A stretch of DNA of 64,000 bases from Pristiophorus japonicus (Eukaryota). Positions 62,950 through 64,000 of this stretch are shown piece by piece (position 1 is the stretch's first letter; every line of letters starts with the position of its first letter). The translations under genes and the position numbers were made by a program. The notes below the pieces were generated by a model that saw only the letters and a list, made by a program, of their open reading frames with translations, did no database searches and was not told where the DNA came from. Location: assembly GCF_044704955.1 (NCBI RefSeq), contig NC_091999.1:21824001-21888000 (forward strand), written 5' to 3'.

Positions 62950-63630
62950 TTAAAGATTTTAATAAATCTTTGAAGGTCGCAGGACAGGTTAACAAAGCTG
63001 TTAATAAAGCGTAAAGGATCCTGGCTTTATAAATCGAGGCACAGAGTATTAAGCCGGGAAGTTATGCTAAAGCGATATAAAACACTAGCTCGAGCCCAGC
63101 TGGAGGATTGGGTCCAATTCTGGGCACACTTCAGGAAGGACACAAAGGCTTTGGAGAGGGGACAGAAGAGATTTACTGGAATGGTGCCAGGGATGAGGAA
63201 CTTCATTTATGTGGAGACTGGAGAAGCTGGGATTGTTCTCCTTGGAGCAGAGAAGGTAAAGACGGGATTTGATAGAGGTGTTAAAAATCATGAAGATGAG
63301 ATAGAATAAATAGAGACACTGTTTCTATCGGCTGATAACCAGAGGGCACAGATTTGAGGCGATTGGCAAAAACAGAGGTCACATGAGGAAAACCATTTTC
63401 CCACAAGGAGTGGTTAGGGTTTGGAATGCACTGCCTGACGGAGCGGTGGGGACAGAGTCAATAGTTGCCTTCAAAAGTGAACTGGACAAACACTTGAAGC
63501 AGAATGATATTGCAGGGATTTGGGGAAAGAGCGGAGGAAGTGGGATAACCGGATTGCTCCCCGAAAGTATCGGCGCAGACTCGATGGGCCGAATGGCCCC
63601 CATCTTTGCTGTAATATTCTGTGATTCTAG
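62950..63630 (+). mobile_element. Degenerate CR1 3' end
   Basis: LERGQKRFTGM..VVRVWNALP and the 3' hairpin GGGCCGAATGGCC. Confidence 0.75.
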
Positions 63631-63799
63631 AATTCTTTACAGATGCTCCCTGCTCAGTCACCATTGCTCCTTCATTTACAGACGCTCCCTGGTCCATTAC
63701 TATTTCTCGTTGAGTTACAGACGCTCCCTGAGAGTTTGACGCAGACACAGCGCGTGCACTGACCGCTCCTTCGGGCTGGAACGGACCCAGGACCCGGCA

Positions 63800-64000
63800 G
63801 GCAGGAGGAGAATGTTCCCTGGTTTATATCCCCCCCCCCGCACCACCCCACCCCACCCCACCCCACCCCGGTGTGGGGAGAATGTTCCCCGGTTTATGTC
63901 CCCCCTCTCCCCCCTCCCCGGTGTGGGGAGAATGTTCCCAGGTTGATATCTCCCCCCCCGGTGTGCAGTGAATGTTCCCCGGTTTATATCCCCCCCCCCG
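63800..64000 (+). repeat. ~40-bp tandem repeat (GGGGAGAATGTTCCCCGGTTTATATCCCCCCC)
   Basis: 4 copies running to the end of the window. Confidence 0.8.

Overview
Vertebrate genomic DNA from a cartilaginous fish (shark-type sequence), with one 133-N gap at 3418-3550. The left third holds one complete IgM heavy-chain minilocus on the + strand: leader, VH, D-J, Cmu1-4 with secretory tail, TM1 and TM2 (6333-21589). It has two unusual properties. First, there are no separate D and J segments: a single 12-RSS is followed directly by a fused D(-D)-J sequence, so only one V-to-DJ rearrangement remains. Second, Cmu1 carries an in-frame TAG, while every other exon and splice site looks intact. Downstream are promoter-like minisatellites and a 6.4-kb class III (ERV-S/ERV-L-like) provirus with a tRNA-Ser primer-binding site (PBS) and a remnant env. 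Its two flanks do not match each other, and it abuts a truncated Gypsy element. The right half is a KRAB-less C2H2 zinc-finger cluster: two pseudogenes and one intact 9-finger array whose start codon is ACG. These sit among nested CR1 LINEs, Deu-domain SINEs and several satellites. All alignments and counts were done by eye; comparisons to known proteins and tRNAs are from memory.
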